Origin: Moraxella nasicaprae
GTDB lineage: Bacteria; Pseudomonadota; Gammaproteobacteria; Pseudomonadales; Moraxellaceae
Assembly (NCBI RefSeq): GCF_025643275.1
Contig: NZ_CP089977.1
Coordinates: forward strand, 1,770,001-1,802,000
Direction of reading: 5' to 3'
Length of the DNA: 32,000 nucleotides
How positions within the stretch are numbered: the first letter of the stretch is position 1; each line of letters begins with the position of its first letter. Below, one piece after another: positions 8,541 through 18,669 of the stretch. Below the pieces are notes generated by a model. The model saw only the letters and a list, made by a program, of their open reading frames with translations. It did not search any database and was not told the DNA's origin. The position numbers were made by a program, and so were the translations under genes.

Positions 8541-8580
8541 CTCATCGAATGTTAAATTTAGGAAAAAGAGAGAGACCCTT

Positions 8581-11500
8581 ATGCCAAAGCGTACAGACAT
8601 AAAATCCATTTTGATTATCGGTGCAGGTCCGATTGTTATCGGTCAGGCGTGTGAATTTGACTATTCTGGTGCCCAAGCGTGTAAAGCCCTAAAAGAAGAG
8701 GGCTGCCGTGTGATTTTGGTCAACTCCAATCCAGCCACCATCATGACCGACCCGTCAATGGCAGATGCCACCTACATTGAGCCAATTACTTGGCAGACTG
8801 TTGAGGGCATCATTGCCAAAGAACGCCCTGACGCTATCTTGCCAACAATGGGTGGTCAGACAGCACTCAACTGTGCGTTAGATTTGGATAAGCATGGTGT
8901 GCTTGCCAAATACGGCTGTGAGCTGATTGGTGCAACCAAAGAAGCCATTGAAAAAGCCGAAGACAGAGAGCTGTTTGACAAGGTGATGAAAAAAATTGGA
9001 CTAGAATGTCCACGAGCTGATGTCGCCAGTACGATGGAAGAGGCTCTTGAAATCCAAAGCCGTTTTGGCTTTCCAGTCATTATCCGCCCGTCATTTACCA
9101 TGGGTGGTTCTGGCGGCGGTATCGCTTATAACCGTGACGAATTTGTTGAAATTTGTGAGCGTGGATTTGATTTATCGCCAACGCACCAGCTTTTGATTGA
9201 TGAATCGTTAATCGGCTGGAAAGAGTACGAAATGGAAGTGGTGCGAGATAAAAATGATAACTGTATCATCGTCTGCTCCATTGAAAACTTTGACCCAATG
9301 GGTGTGCATACAGGCGACAGTATTACCGTTGCCCCTGCTCAGACCTTGACCGACAAAGAATATCAGCTCATGCGTAATGCCTCCATTGCTGTTTTGCGTG
9401 AAATTGGCGTGGAAACAGGGGGTTCTAATGTACAGTTTGGTATCAATCCAAACAATGGTCGTATGGTTGTGATTGAGATGAACCCTCGTGTCAGTCGTTC
9501 ATCAGCATTGGCAAGTAAAGCAACTGGCTTTCCGATTGCCAAAATTGCGGCAAAATTGGCAGTAGGCTACACGCTAGATGAGCTAAAAAATGACATCACA
9601 GGCGGCAAGACGCCAGCGTCCTTTGAACCGTCTATTGACTATGTCGTTACCAAGATTCCTCGTTTTAACTTTGAAAAATTCCCACAAGCAGATAATACTT
9701 TGACCACACAAATGAAGTCGGTGGGCGAGGTGATGGCGATTGGTCGCAATTTCCAAGAATCGATGCAAAAAGCCTTGCGAGGCTTGGAAACTGGGGCGAC
9801 TGGCTTTGATGAAGTGGCGGATTTGACGGGCGAGGCAAGCGACATCATCGCCAAGATTCGTAATAAGTTAAGCATTCCAACGCCAGAGCGTATTTTTTAT
9901 TTGGCACAGGCATTTCGTGCAGGACTTAGTCTTGATGAGGTGTTTGAATTGACCAAGATTGACCCGTGGTTTTTGGTGCAGATTGAGGATATTGTTCGTA
10001 CCGAACAACAAATCAAAGAACTGACGATTGATGATTTAAACAAGCAAATCTTGTATCAATTTAAACGCAAGGGCATGAGTGATTTGCGTATTGCGAAGTT
10101 GATGGGCGTTGACCAGCATCAAGTCAGACAAAAACGCTGGGATTTGGGCGTGTATCCTGTGTATAAACGAGTGGATACTTGTGCAGCAGAGTTTGAGACT
10201 TCAACTGCTTATATGTATTCCACCTATGATGAAGAATGTGAAGCACGCCCAACCAATAAAGATAAAATCATGGTCATCGGTGGTGGCCCAAACCGTATCG
10301 GACAAGGCATTGAATTTGACTACTGCTGTGTCCACGCTGCTCTTGCCATGCGTGAAGATGGCTTTGAAACCATCATGGTAAACTGTAACCCAGAGACGGT
10401 ATCGACTGATTATGATACTTCTGATCGTTTGTATTTTGAGCCTGTCACACTTGAAGATGTGCTTGAAATCGTCCGTACTGAGCAGCCAAAAGGCGTGATT
10501 GTGCAATATGGCGGTCAAACACCACTCAAACTTGCTAGAAGTTTAGAAAAAGCAGGCGTGCCAATCATTGGTACAAGTCCTGATGCCATTGACCGTGCCG
10601 AAGACCGTGAACGCTTCCAGCAAATGTTGCATCAGCTTGCTTTAAATCAACCGCCTAATGCACTAGCAACCAGCACCGAAGATGGTTTGAGCAAGGCACA
10701 GGCGGTTGGCTATCCTTTGGTGGTGCGTCCATCTTATGTGCTGGGTGGTCGTGCGATGGAGATTGTTTATAACGAAGATGAGCTAAAACGCTACCTGCAA
10801 GAGGCAGTGCAAGCCTCCAATGATTCGCCTGTACTTCTTGACCGATTCCTTGATGATGCCATTGAAGTGGATGTGGACTGTGTGTCTGACGGGCAAATGG
10901 TGGTGATTGGTGGTATCATGCAACACATCGAGCAAGCAGGCGTGCATTCTGGCGATTCTGCGTGTTCGTTGCCACCATATTCGCTCAGCGATGAGATTCA
11001 AGACCAGATCCGTACCCAAACGATTGCCATGGCAAAAGAGCTTGGGGTGGTGGGCTTGATGAATGTGCAATATGCAGTCAAGGATAACACGGTGTATATC
11101 TTGGAAGTCAATCCACGAGCTTCTCGTACTGTGCCATTTGTCTCCAAGTGCATCGGTGTGTCATTGGCGAAAGTTGCCGCTCGCTGTATGGCTGGTAAAA
11201 CACTATCAGAGCAGGGCTTTACTAAGGAGATTATCCCAAGCCATTATTCGGTCAAAGAGGCGGTATTCCCATTTGCTAAGTTCCCAGGTGTTGACCCAAT
11301 TCTTAGCCCAGAGATGAAATCCACAGGCGAGGTCATGGGTGTGGGCAAATCCTTTGGCGAGGCGTATTATAAAGCGGTGATTGGCTCAAACGATCGTCTG
11401 CCAGGCTTGCCTGTGGCTGGTGAGATTAAACGAGCGTTCTTGTCTGTGCGAGATAGTGATAAGAAGCATTTGCCAGCACTTGCCAAGCAGCTGATTGATT

Positions 11501-11814
11501 ATGGCTTTAAGCTGGTGGCGACAGGCGGCACTCAAAAAGTCTTGGCGGACTCTGGTATTGAGTGCGAACACATCAACAAAGTGTATGAGGGTCGTCCACA
11601 CATCGTCGATGCCCTAAAAAATGGCGAAATTCATCTGGTCATCAACACCACCGAAGGCAAGCAGGCACAAGAAGATTCGTTCTTGATTCGCCGTAGTGCA
11701 TTGCAAGGAAAGGTGTTTTATGTGACCACCATGAGTGCAGCTCAGGCAGTATGTATGGCATATCAGGTGCGTTTGCCATTTGATGTGTATAAGCTGCAAG
11801 ATTTGCACGCCTAA
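8581..11814 (+). CDS. carB: Carbamoyl-phosphate synthase large subunit
   Basis: The canonical N-terminus [30 protein letters not shown] starts at the ATG at 8581, with AGAGAGAG upstream. The duplicated ATP-grasp halves and the C-terminal MGS-like allosteric domain are present. The listed start at 8515 is an in-frame artefact overlapping the methyltransferase stop. Confidence 0.97.
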   Translation: MPKRTDIKSILIIGAGPIVIGQACEFDYSGAQACKALKEEGCRVILVNSNPATIMTDPSMADATYIEPITWQTVEGIIAKERPDAILPTMGGQTALNCALDLDKHGVLAKYGCELIGATKEAIEKAEDRELFDKVMKKIGLECPRADVASTMEEALEIQSRFGFPVIIRPSFTMGGSGGGIAYNRDEFVEICERGFDLSPTHQLLIDESLIGWKEYEMEVVRDKNDNCIIVCSIENFDPMGVHTGDSITVAPAQTLTDKEYQLMRNASIAVLREIGVETGGSNVQFGINPNNGRMVVIEMNPRVSRSSALASKATGFPIAKIAAKLAVGYTLDELKNDITGGKTPASFEPSIDYVVTKIPRFNFEKFPQADNTLTTQMKSVGEVMAIGRNFQESMQKALRGLETGATGFDEVADLTGEASDIIAKIRNKLSIPTPERIFYLAQAFRAGLSLDEVFELTKIDPWFLVQIEDIVRTEQQIKELTIDDLNKQILYQFKRKGMSDLRIAKLMGVDQHQVRQKRWDLGVYPVYKRVDTCAAEFETSTAYMYSTYDEECEARPTNKDKIMVIGGGPNRIGQGIEFDYCCVHAALAMREDGFETIMVNCNPETVSTDYDTSDRLYFEPVTLEDVLEIVRTEQPKGVIVQYGGQTPLKLARSLEKAGVPIIGTSPDAIDRAEDRERFQQMLHQLALNQPPNALATSTEDGLSKAQAVGYPLVVRPSYVLGGRAMEIVYNEDELKRYLQEAVQASNDSPVLLDRFLDDAIEVDVDCVSDGQMVVIGGIMQHIEQAGVHSGDSACSLPPYSLSDEIQDQIRTQTIAMAKELGVVGLMNVQYAVKDNTVYILEVNPRASRTVPFVSKCIGVSLAKVAARCMAGKTLSEQGFTKEIIPSHYSVKEAVFPFAKFPGVDPILSPEMKSTGEVMGVGKSFGEAYYKAVIGSNDRLPGLPVAGEIKRAFLSVRDSDKKHLPALAKQLIDYGFKLVATGGTQKVLADSGIECEHINKVYEGRPHIVDALKNGEIHLVINTTEGKQAQEDSFLIRRSALQGKVFYVTTMSAAQAVCMAYQVRLPFDVYKLQDLHA

Positions 11815-11865
11815 ATTAAGCCATTATACAAGATGGCGTCTTTGGCATCATCTTGTGCATGATGG

Positions 11866-11894
11866 TTGGTGCAAGCGTTTGGGTTTGGTATAAT
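11866..11894 (+). promoter_or_regulatory. Candidate greA promoter with extended -10, embedded in the carB terminator
   Basis: TTGGTG (11866-11871) is followed by a 17-nt spacer and TATAAT (11889-11894), which is preceded by TGg (11886-11888). This gives the extended -10 consensus TGnTATAAT. Confidence 0.5.
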
Positions 11895-11919
11895 TCACAC
11901 CCAAATGCTTGCATTTTTT
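11871..11919 (+). terminator. Intrinsic terminator after carB
   Basis: A 14-bp stem pairs gcaagcgtttgggt (11871-11884) with acccaaatgcttgc (11899-11912) and includes one G-U pair. The loop is 14 nt and T6 follows at 11914-11919. Confidence 0.7.
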
Positions 11920-11958
11920 AAAAAAGCCAGTAAAATTAGCAAAGATTTTTTAATTTGT

Positions 11959-11987
11959 CTTGCCAAAAAATTTTGGCAGGCTTTTTT
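11959..11987 (+). terminator. Second terminator-like hairpin in the greA leader (candidate attenuator)
   Basis: cttgccaa (11959-11966) pairs with ttggcagg (11973-11980), and T6 follows at 11982-11987. The element lies between the candidate promoter and the greA ATG at 12023. Confidence 0.55.
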
Positions 11988-12022
11988 ATTTTCAAAGTAT
12001 TGCAAAAAAGTAGGAATGTCAT

Positions 12023-12499
12023 ATGCAACGCTATCCCATGACCCCAGAAGGTCATCAAGCCCTAGAAGAAGAGCTAAAACAGCTTAAAACCATTGAACGC
12101 CCACGCATCACCACAGCGATTGCTGAGGCTCGTGAACATGGCGATTTAAAAGAAAATGCAGAATATCACGCCGCTCGTGAACAGCAAGGACTGTGCGAGG
12201 CTCGTATTCGTGACATCGAAGCCAAACTTGGCGGTGCTCAGGTAATTGACCCTGCTAAGTTGCCACAAGATGGGCGAGTGGTGTTCGGTGTTACTGTGGT
12301 GTTAGAAAATGCCGATAGTGGCGAAGAATGCCAATATAAAATCGTGGGCGATGATGAGGCGGATTTTAAAGTGGGTAAAATTTCAGTCAATTCGCCCATT
12401 GCTCGTGGCTTGATTGGCAAATCAGAGGGTGATGAAGCCCAAATTCAGACACCAAGCGGATTGGTGGTGTTTGAGATTTTGGAAGTGATTTATCAATAA
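12023..12499 (+). CDS. greA: Transcription elongation factor GreA
   Basis: The 158-aa product begins [27 protein letters not shown] and contains the acidic tip motif [21 protein letters not shown] lies 6 nt upstream of the start. Confidence 0.95.
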   Translation: MQRYPMTPEGHQALEEELKQLKTIERPRITTAIAEAREHGDLKENAEYHAAREQQGLCEARIRDIEAKLGGAQVIDPAKLPQDGRVVFGVTVVLENADSGEECQYKIVGDDEADFKVGKISVNSPIARGLIGKSEGDEAQIQTPSGLVVFEILEVIYQ

Positions 12500-12513
12500 G
12501 GTAAGCCTTCATT

Positions 12514-12873
12514 ATGAAACATTTACATCTACTGATGGTGGCGATTACTTTATTGCTATTCATCGTTCAGGCTGTGCCTATTTTTGCAGGCAAAACCTTT
12601 CATCGCTCAAAGGTGTTCACAGGCATCAGTCATGCCGCTTATACTTTGTTGGTTTTGTCAGGTTTGTATTTATTTTGGCAGTTGTATCAGGCGGCAGGCT
12701 TGCAGCATTGGGCATTGGCAAAATTGGTGCTACTCATCGTGGCGGTTTCTGCAAACATCAAGGCATTACGCCGCCAAGCGGTCAGTCTATCTCAGAGTAG
12801 AGCTGGCATGATGATTGCTGGCGTGGCGTATGCAGGCATTGTGATTTTGGCAATTACCAAGCCAATGCTATGA
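12514..12873 (+). CDS. Small 4-TM membrane protein, SirB2/YchQ-like
   Basis: The 119-aa product has an N-terminal KHLHLLMV motif and four hydrophobic spans, as in SirB2-family proteins. The assignment is by resemblance only. Confidence 0.5.
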   Translation: MKHLHLLMVAITLLLFIVQAVPIFAGKTFHRSKVFTGISHAAYTLLVLSGLYLFWQLYQAAGLQHWALAKLVLLIVAVSANIKALRRQAVSLSQSRAGMMIAGVAYAGIVILAITKPML

Positions 12874-12886
12874 TGTCTTTTGCCCT

Positions 12887-12923
12887 AAAAAAGACAAACC
12901 TATTGATGGGTTTGTCTTTTTTT
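12887..12923 (+). terminator. Intrinsic terminator
   Basis: aaaaaagacaaacc pairs perfectly with ggtttgtctttttt around an 8-nt loop, and the right arm ends in a T-run (12917-12923). Confidence 0.8.
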
Positions 12924-13078
12924 ACATCAATGTTTGGCATTGTTTATCGTGATGATTGAAAAAATTGTGCGTCTTGTTTACAAAATTGCACTCATATTTT
13001 GTTGCCAAATTATGATAGAATTTGGCGTTTATTTATAAAATTCTTGCCAGATGAATGGCAACTTTACAAGGGGTGTTT

Positions 13079-15916
13079 ATGCTCACTTTGACAACCGCAG
13101 ATGTGCGTATGAATGCACAAGCCAGCGACAAGCAACAAGCGTTGCAAGTTTTGGCACAGATTTTACAAGACGATGGTTTGGCGACGGCTGACTATTTGCA
13201 CGGATTGATGGCTCGAGAGTCGCAAGCCGCCACTTATTTGGGACAGGGTATCGCCATTCCGCATGGCACGCCAGAGTCTCGTGAGGCAATCATTCAGACG
13301 GGTGTGCGATTGGTGCATTTTGCTGATGGCGTGGCGTGGAATGATGCTGGCGACAAGGTATATTTGGCGGTGGTGATTGCTGCAAAATCAGATGAGCATT
13401 TGCAAATTTTGCAAAAATTGACACACGCTCTACAAGGTGATGTGGCAGACGGTATCGCCAAAGCCACCAATGCTGATGAAATCATGGCGGCACTTGGTGG
13501 TACAAGCTCATTACTGATTCAAGAAAGTTTGATTGACACCCAAGTTGGTAGCGAGCAGTATGATGAAGTGTTTTTGCAGTCTTTATCTCGTCTAAAAGCT
13601 CATCACGCCATCAGTTCACGAGCCATTACCGCACCTAAGCCAACCGTGCTCAGTCAGGCGGTTTCTTGTGTGATTTTGGAAAATCAGCCACAGATTCTCA
13701 CTTCGGCTTTTGCTTTATCGGTCAATCCAAACAGCAAACAGGCGTTAGCGGTCATTACAGCTGACAAAAAAATCAATACCGATAAGTTATCATGGCTATA
13801 TGATGTGCTGATGAGTGACGCATTCGCCCAAGCGGTACAATCAGGCGAAAAAGAGGCGATATTGTCACAGCTTGGTATTCAAAGTCAGTCAGATTGGCAG
13901 TCACTAAGCGTGGTTTTACCAAATGAACATGGCTTGCACGCCAGACCTGCAACCGCTTTATCGGAACTTGCCAAATCGTTTGATGGCGATATTCGAGTGC
14001 AGGTTGATGGTGGAGCGTTTGTTTCTGCCAAAAGCCTAACTCGTTTGTTGTCGCTTGGTGCGGTCAAAGGACAGACGCTGACCTTCATTGCTCAGCCAGA
14101 TACCGATGCTCAAAATGCGTTACCAAAATTGGTTGAGGCGGTGCAAGCAGGCTTGGGCGAATCAGTCTCTGCCACTTCTGCAATACCAGTTGCTAAAAAA
14201 CAAACCGACCAGTCGGATAATAATCAAGTTGCCCTAGTAGATGGGGAAAAGATTCGTGCTGTTGCTGCTTCAACTGGCTTGGCGGTGGGCGAGTCTTATG
14301 TATCCAAAGCGGTCAAATATAACTATCCAATGACTGCCCAAAATCCAGCAGAACAGATGACACAGTTGCAAACTGCCATCAATGCAGTCAAAGACGACCT
14401 AAGACAGCTGGTTGCATCTGCCAAGAATGCAGACATTGCCCAAATTTTCACAGCACACATTGCTTTATTAGAAGATGAAGAAGTGATGTTTGGGGCAAAA
14501 GATGGGATTGATGATGGCTTGTCTGCACCAGCAGCTTGGCATGCATTCATCGAAGAATTGGCAGCAGCTCAGGCTTCTTTGGGCAATCATCTACTTGCCG
14601 AGCGTGCTGCTGATTTACGAGATGTTGGGCATAAGGTATTGCTAAAATTGATTGGCAAAACCGAACAAACAGCACCCCAAAATCCATATGTGCTGATTAA
14701 AGAGGACTTATTGCCAAGCGATGTGGCAAATCTTGACCCAACCAAAGTGGCGGGCATCATCACAGCGGTGGGTGGTTCTAGTTCGCACAGTGCGATTGTT
14801 GCTCGTGCGTTGGGCATTCCTGCGTTGGTGGGTGCAGGTCAGCAGGTGTTGTCATTGGAGAATGGCACACAGATTTTGCTTGATGGTGGCGAAGGCTGGT
14901 TTGTTGTTAATCCTGAGCAGTCGTTGATTGAGGAGTGTCAGCAAGCCCAAAGTTTACGCCGTGAACAAAAACGCCAAGCCATGCAACACGCTCACGAGCC
15001 AGCCATCACTTTGGACGGTCATCGTGTTGAAGTGGCGGTGAATTTGGGTAATGTGGCGGATACGGCGACAGCGGTGGCAAATGGTGCAGAAGGCGTGGGT
15101 TTGCTTCGCACAGAGCTTGTATTTATGTCGCATCATCAAGTGCCTGACATTGACCAGCAAATTGCTGACTATGAGCAGGTCTTTGATGCGTTAGATGGTC
15201 GTCCATTAGTGGTGCGTGTGCTTGATATTGGTGGCGATAAAGCCCTGCCTTATTTGCCAATGGCGGCGGAAGAAAATCCATTCTTGGGTCTGCGTGGCAT
15301 TCGTTTGTTGTTGTCTCGCCCAGAACTGCTCCGTAGCCAATTAACCGCTTTGATTAAAGCGTCAAAAAGGCGTGATTTACGCATCATGTTCCCAATGATT
15401 GGTCGCCTTGAAGAATGGCGAGCGGCTCGTGCGATTTTGGACGAGGTTTTGGCGGGGCATCCACATGACAATCTACAAGTTGGTATCATGCTAGAAGTGC
15501 CAAGTGCTGCGGTCATGGCTCCGATTTTTGCCAAAGAAGTGGACTTTTTTAGCGTTGGTACGAACGATTTGACCCAGTATGTGCTTGCCATCGATCGTGG
15601 ACACCCATTATTATCCAAAGATGCTGATGGTCTGCACCCAAGTATTTTGACCTTGATTGCTCAGACCGTTGAGGCTGCCCATGCACATGGAAAATGGGTA
15701 GGGGTGTGTGGCGAGCTGGCATCTGACCCTGCGGCAGTGCCGATTTTGGTGGGTTTGGGTGTTGATGAACTTAGTATGTCTAGTTCCAGCATTGCCTTGA
15801 CCAAAGCTAAGATTCGTGCCTTGACGCTGACTGACGCTCAATCGCTTGCCAAGCAAGCCTTACAGTGCGACAGTGCGATGGCGGTACGAGAGCTGTCATT
15901 GACGGTGGCACGATGA
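13079..15916 (+). CDS. fruB: Fructose PTS multiphosphoryl transfer protein (EIIA-Fru / HPr-like / Enzyme I fusion)
   Basis: The N-terminal EIIA type 2 domain has GQGIAIPHGTPE. The central FPr domain has NEHGLHARPAT. The C-terminal Enzyme I domain has GGSSSHSAIVARALGIPALVG and FFSVGTNDLTQY. The ATG at 13079 has AAGGGG 5-6 nt upstream, and the listed 13055 has no RBS. Confidence 0.9.
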   Translation: MLTLTTADVRMNAQASDKQQALQVLAQILQDDGLATADYLHGLMARESQAATYLGQGIAIPHGTPESREAIIQTGVRLVHFADGVAWNDAGDKVYLAVVIAAKSDEHLQILQKLTHALQGDVADGIAKATNADEIMAALGGTSSLLIQESLIDTQVGSEQYDEVFLQSLSRLKAHHAISSRAITAPKPTVLSQAVSCVILENQPQILTSAFALSVNPNSKQALAVITADKKINTDKLSWLYDVLMSDAFAQAVQSGEKEAILSQLGIQSQSDWQSLSVVLPNEHGLHARPATALSELAKSFDGDIRVQVDGGAFVSAKSLTRLLSLGAVKGQTLTFIAQPDTDAQNALPKLVEAVQAGLGESVSATSAIPVAKKQTDQSDNNQVALVDGEKIRAVAASTGLAVGESYVSKAVKYNYPMTAQNPAEQMTQLQTAINAVKDDLRQLVASAKNADIAQIFTAHIALLEDEEVMFGAKDGIDDGLSAPAAWHAFIEELAAAQASLGNHLLAERAADLRDVGHKVLLKLIGKTEQTAPQNPYVLIKEDLLPSDVANLDPTKVAGIITAVGGSSSHSAIVARALGIPALVGAGQQVLSLENGTQILLDGGEGWFVVNPEQSLIEECQQAQSLRREQKRQAMQHAHEPAITLDGHRVEVAVNLGNVADTATAVANGAEGVGLLRTELVFMSHHQVPDIDQQIADYEQVFDALDGRPLVVRVLDIGGDKALPYLPMAAEENPFLGLRGIRLLLSRPELLRSQLTALIKASKRRDLRIMFPMIGRLEEWRAARAILDEVLAGHPHDNLQVGIMLEVPSAAVMAPIFAKEVDFFSVGTNDLTQYVLAIDRGHPLLSKDADGLHPSILTLIAQTVEAAHAHGKWVGVCGELASDPAAVPILVGLGVDELSMSSSSIALTKAKIRALTLTDAQSLAKQALQCDSAMAVRELSLTVAR

Positions 15917-16857
15917 AACAAGTTTTGTGTATCACGCTCAATCCTGCGATTGACATGACAATTTTTGTGCATCAATTACAGGTGGGCGAAGTCAATCGAG
16001 CCACAAAAAGCCAAGTTGATGCGGCTGGCAAAGGGCTAAATGTCGCTCAGATTTTATCGGATTTGGGTATGCAGACGCTGGCATCTGGTTTTTTGGGTAA
16101 TCAAAATGCACAAATTTTTGAGCAATTATTTGCCCAAAAGCACGGACAGCTGCTGGATAAATTTGTCAAAATCTCTGGCGAAACTCGCACCAATATTAAA
16201 CTGGTCGATGATGGTGTTACGACTGATGTCAATGGAGCGGGGTTTGTGGTTGGTGCATCAGATAAGCAAGCATTATTTGATGAAGTTATCAGACTTGCCA
16301 ACCAATCTGATGCGGTCTTGATTGCAGGCAGTTTGCCCAAAGGTTATGAGCTTGATGATTTTGAGCAGTTGCTGTCTGCTTTAACCAAGACTGATGCCAA
16401 AATTGCAGCCGATGTCAGTGGTCAGGCATTAACCGTGGCAATGAAGTATCCTTTATGGCTCATCAAACCTAACAGCGATGAATTGACCGAAAGTTTTGGT
16501 GTGGCATGCAACACTTGGCAAGCACAGCAGTCTTTATTGGAGACGCTTAATACACCCATTGATAATATTGTTATTTCGATGGGTGCTGATGGCGTGCATT
16601 GGTTTGCCAAAGATGGCGTATGGCTGGCAACACCACCGACCGTGAATGTGGTTAGCACGGTGGGTGCGGGCGATACTTTGGTGGCTGGCATGATTGCTGG
16701 TCTGCTTGATGGGTTGCCACACGAGCAACTGCTCAAACGAGCGGTTGCCTTATCAGCTCATGCTGTCACCATCATTGGTTTTGCGGCAGCATCACAAGAT
16801 AGATTAGATGAGTTGATGGCACAGGTTGATGTGTCAAAATTATCTGAATGTTTATAA
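15913..16857 (+). CDS. fruK: 1-phosphofructokinase
   Basis: MKQVLCITLNPAIDMT and the PfkB-family motifs (AAGKGLNVA, VGAGDTLVAGM) are present. The start ATG overlaps the fruB stop (ATGA at 15913-15916), suggesting translational coupling. Confidence 0.9.
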   Translation: MKQVLCITLNPAIDMTIFVHQLQVGEVNRATKSQVDAAGKGLNVAQILSDLGMQTLASGFLGNQNAQIFEQLFAQKHGQLLDKFVKISGETRTNIKLVDDGVTTDVNGAGFVVGASDKQALFDEVIRLANQSDAVLIAGSLPKGYELDDFEQLLSALTKTDAKIAADVSGQALTVAMKYPLWLIKPNSDELTESFGVACNTWQAQQSLLETLNTPIDNIVISMGADGVHWFAKDGVWLATPPTVNVVSTVGAGDTLVAGMIAGLLDGLPHEQLLKRAVALSAHAVTIIGFAAASQDRLDELMAQVDVSKLSECL

Positions 16858-16885
16858 ATTTATACTTAAAAAATAGGTAAATCCT

Positions 16886-18550
16886 ATGCAAAAATTTACT
16901 TCGCTTTCATCGTTGCAAGCAGCAACCATCAGTCTTGGCGAACAATCAGCACAGGCGTTATTGATTGCCAAAAAATTACAAGCAACCCTACAAAAATCAG
17001 GCGTTGCCACTCGCATTGATGGCCAATTTGACGGTCAGGGCAAGCACATTGTGGTGGGTCAAGGGGCTGGTACGCAAGATGCCATCATTTTGGATATAAA
17101 AACTTTGCAGACCGAGCAGCTTGATAATGAGGATTATCTGCTTGGATTGTTCAGCAAAGATACCGCCAGTACCAGCCAAGATAAACCGTTGCATTTTGTG
17201 GCGATTACCGCTTGTCCCACAGGCGTGGCACATACTTTTATGGCGGCAGATGCCCTAAAAATCGGTGCAGAAAAGCTGGGCTACACCATCGATGTTGAAA
17301 CACAAGGCTCAGTGGGGGCAAAAAATATTTTGTCCCAAGAAAGTATTGAGCGTGCCGATTATGTCATTTTGGCGACAGATATTGAAGTCAATAGCGACCG
17401 TTTTGTTGGCAAAAAAGTCTATCGCTGTGGTACAGGATTTGCCCTAAAACAAACCGATAAAGCCTTTGATGAGGCAATCAATACCGCCAGCGTTCAAAAT
17501 AGCACCAAGACAGTTGCCAATACCGAACAGCCTACCCAAAAAGCTGGCGTTTATAAACATCTGCTGACAGGCGTGTCTTATATGTTGCCGATGGTGGTGG
17601 CAGGCGGTCTGCTGATTGCCTTGTCCTTTGTCTTTGGTATCAAGGCGTTTGAGGTTGAAGGCTCTTTGGCAGCTGCCTTGATGGGCACAGGTAAGGCAGC
17701 GTTTGGTCTGATGGTGCCAATGTTGGCAGGCTATATCGCTTATTCCATCGCTGACCGACCTGGTTTAACAGCAGGCTTGATTGGTGGTGCATTGGCTGGC
17801 ACTTTGGGTGCAGGCTTTTTGGGCGGTATTGTGGCAGGATTTTTGGCAGGCTATGTATCGCTATTTTTGGCACAAAAGCTAAGATTGCCTGTAACTTTGG
17901 AGGCTTTAAAGCCAATCCTTATCATTCCTTTGGTCAGCTCACTGGTGGTGGGTTTGTCGATGTATTATGTCATCGGTACACCTGTGGCTTATCTTTTGTC
18001 ACAAATGGAGGATTTCCTTGCCAATATGGGTACTGCCAATGCCGTGATTTTGGGCATGATTTTGGCGGGTATGATGTGTGTGGATTTGGGCGGTCCAATT
18101 AACAAGGCTGCTTATGCGTTTTCGGTGGGCTTATTGACCTCTGAAAGCTATTTTCCGATGGCGGCAGCAATGGCTGGCGGTATGGTGCCAGCGATTGGTA
18201 TTGGATTAGCAACCATCTTTGCATCAGGCAAATTTAGCGACAATGAACGCAATGCAGGTAAGGCAGCTGTTGTTTTGGGTGCGTGTTTCATTTCCGAAGG
18301 GGCTATCCCGTTTGCCGCCAAAGACCCAATGCGTGTCATTCCATGCTGTATTGCTGGCGGTGTCTTAACAGGGGCATTGGTGGCATTATTCCAAATCACT
18401 TTGGTTGCTCCACATGGCGGTGTATTTGTACTGTTGATTCCTGGTGCGGTTAATCATGCCTTGATGTATCTGGTGGCGATTTTGGCTGGCAGTTTATTGA
18501 CAGGTTTGGCTTATGCTTTCATTAAGCCCAAAGAATTAGCAACCGCTTAA
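16886..18550 (+). CDS. fruA: PTS fructose-specific EIIB'BC component
   Basis: The EIIB active-site segment is VAITACPTGVAHTFMAA. The large polytopic EIIC domain has GGPINKAAY and FISEGAIPFA. The product is 554 aa. Confidence 0.9.
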   Translation: MQKFTSLSSLQAATISLGEQSAQALLIAKKLQATLQKSGVATRIDGQFDGQGKHIVVGQGAGTQDAIILDIKTLQTEQLDNEDYLLGLFSKDTASTSQDKPLHFVAITACPTGVAHTFMAADALKIGAEKLGYTIDVETQGSVGAKNILSQESIERADYVILATDIEVNSDRFVGKKVYRCGTGFALKQTDKAFDEAINTASVQNSTKTVANTEQPTQKAGVYKHLLTGVSYMLPMVVAGGLLIALSFVFGIKAFEVEGSLAAALMGTGKAAFGLMVPMLAGYIAYSIADRPGLTAGLIGGALAGTLGAGFLGGIVAGFLAGYVSLFLAQKLRLPVTLEALKPILIIPLVSSLVVGLSMYYVIGTPVAYLLSQMEDFLANMGTANAVILGMILAGMMCVDLGGPINKAAYAFSVGLLTSESYFPMAAAMAGGMVPAIGIGLATIFASGKFSDNERNAGKAAVVLGACFISEGAIPFAAKDPMRVIPCCIAGGVLTGALVALFQITLVAPHGGVFVLLIPGAVNHALMYLVAILAGSLLTGLAYAFIKPKELATA

Positions 18551-18573
18551 TCATCACACATGATGTGATTGAC

Positions 18574-18616
18574 AAAAAAACACAAAACCTTAGCACGATG
18601 GGTTTTGTGTTTTTTT
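18574..18616 (+). terminator. Intrinsic terminator after the fru operon
   Basis: aaaaaaacacaaaacc pairs perfectly with ggttttgtgttttttt around an 11-nt loop. Confidence 0.8.
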
Positions 18617-18669
18617 ATGAGCGTGTTACAATAGGGGAGTATTTGTGTTAAAGATTGAGAGTGCTTTTG

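Noticed and set aside
8515-8580. The listed carB ORF starts at 8515 and overlaps the methyltransferase stop, which could suggest a fusion or overlap.
   Set aside because: The conserved CarB N-terminus ([17 protein letters not shown]) begins at the ATG at 8581 with a purine-rich RBS. The upstream 22 codons are only open reading-frame carry-over.
11866-12087. A 73-aa ORF between carB and greA.
   Set aside because: It spans two terminator hairpins and overlaps the greA start out of frame. The region is better explained as regulatory RNA structure.
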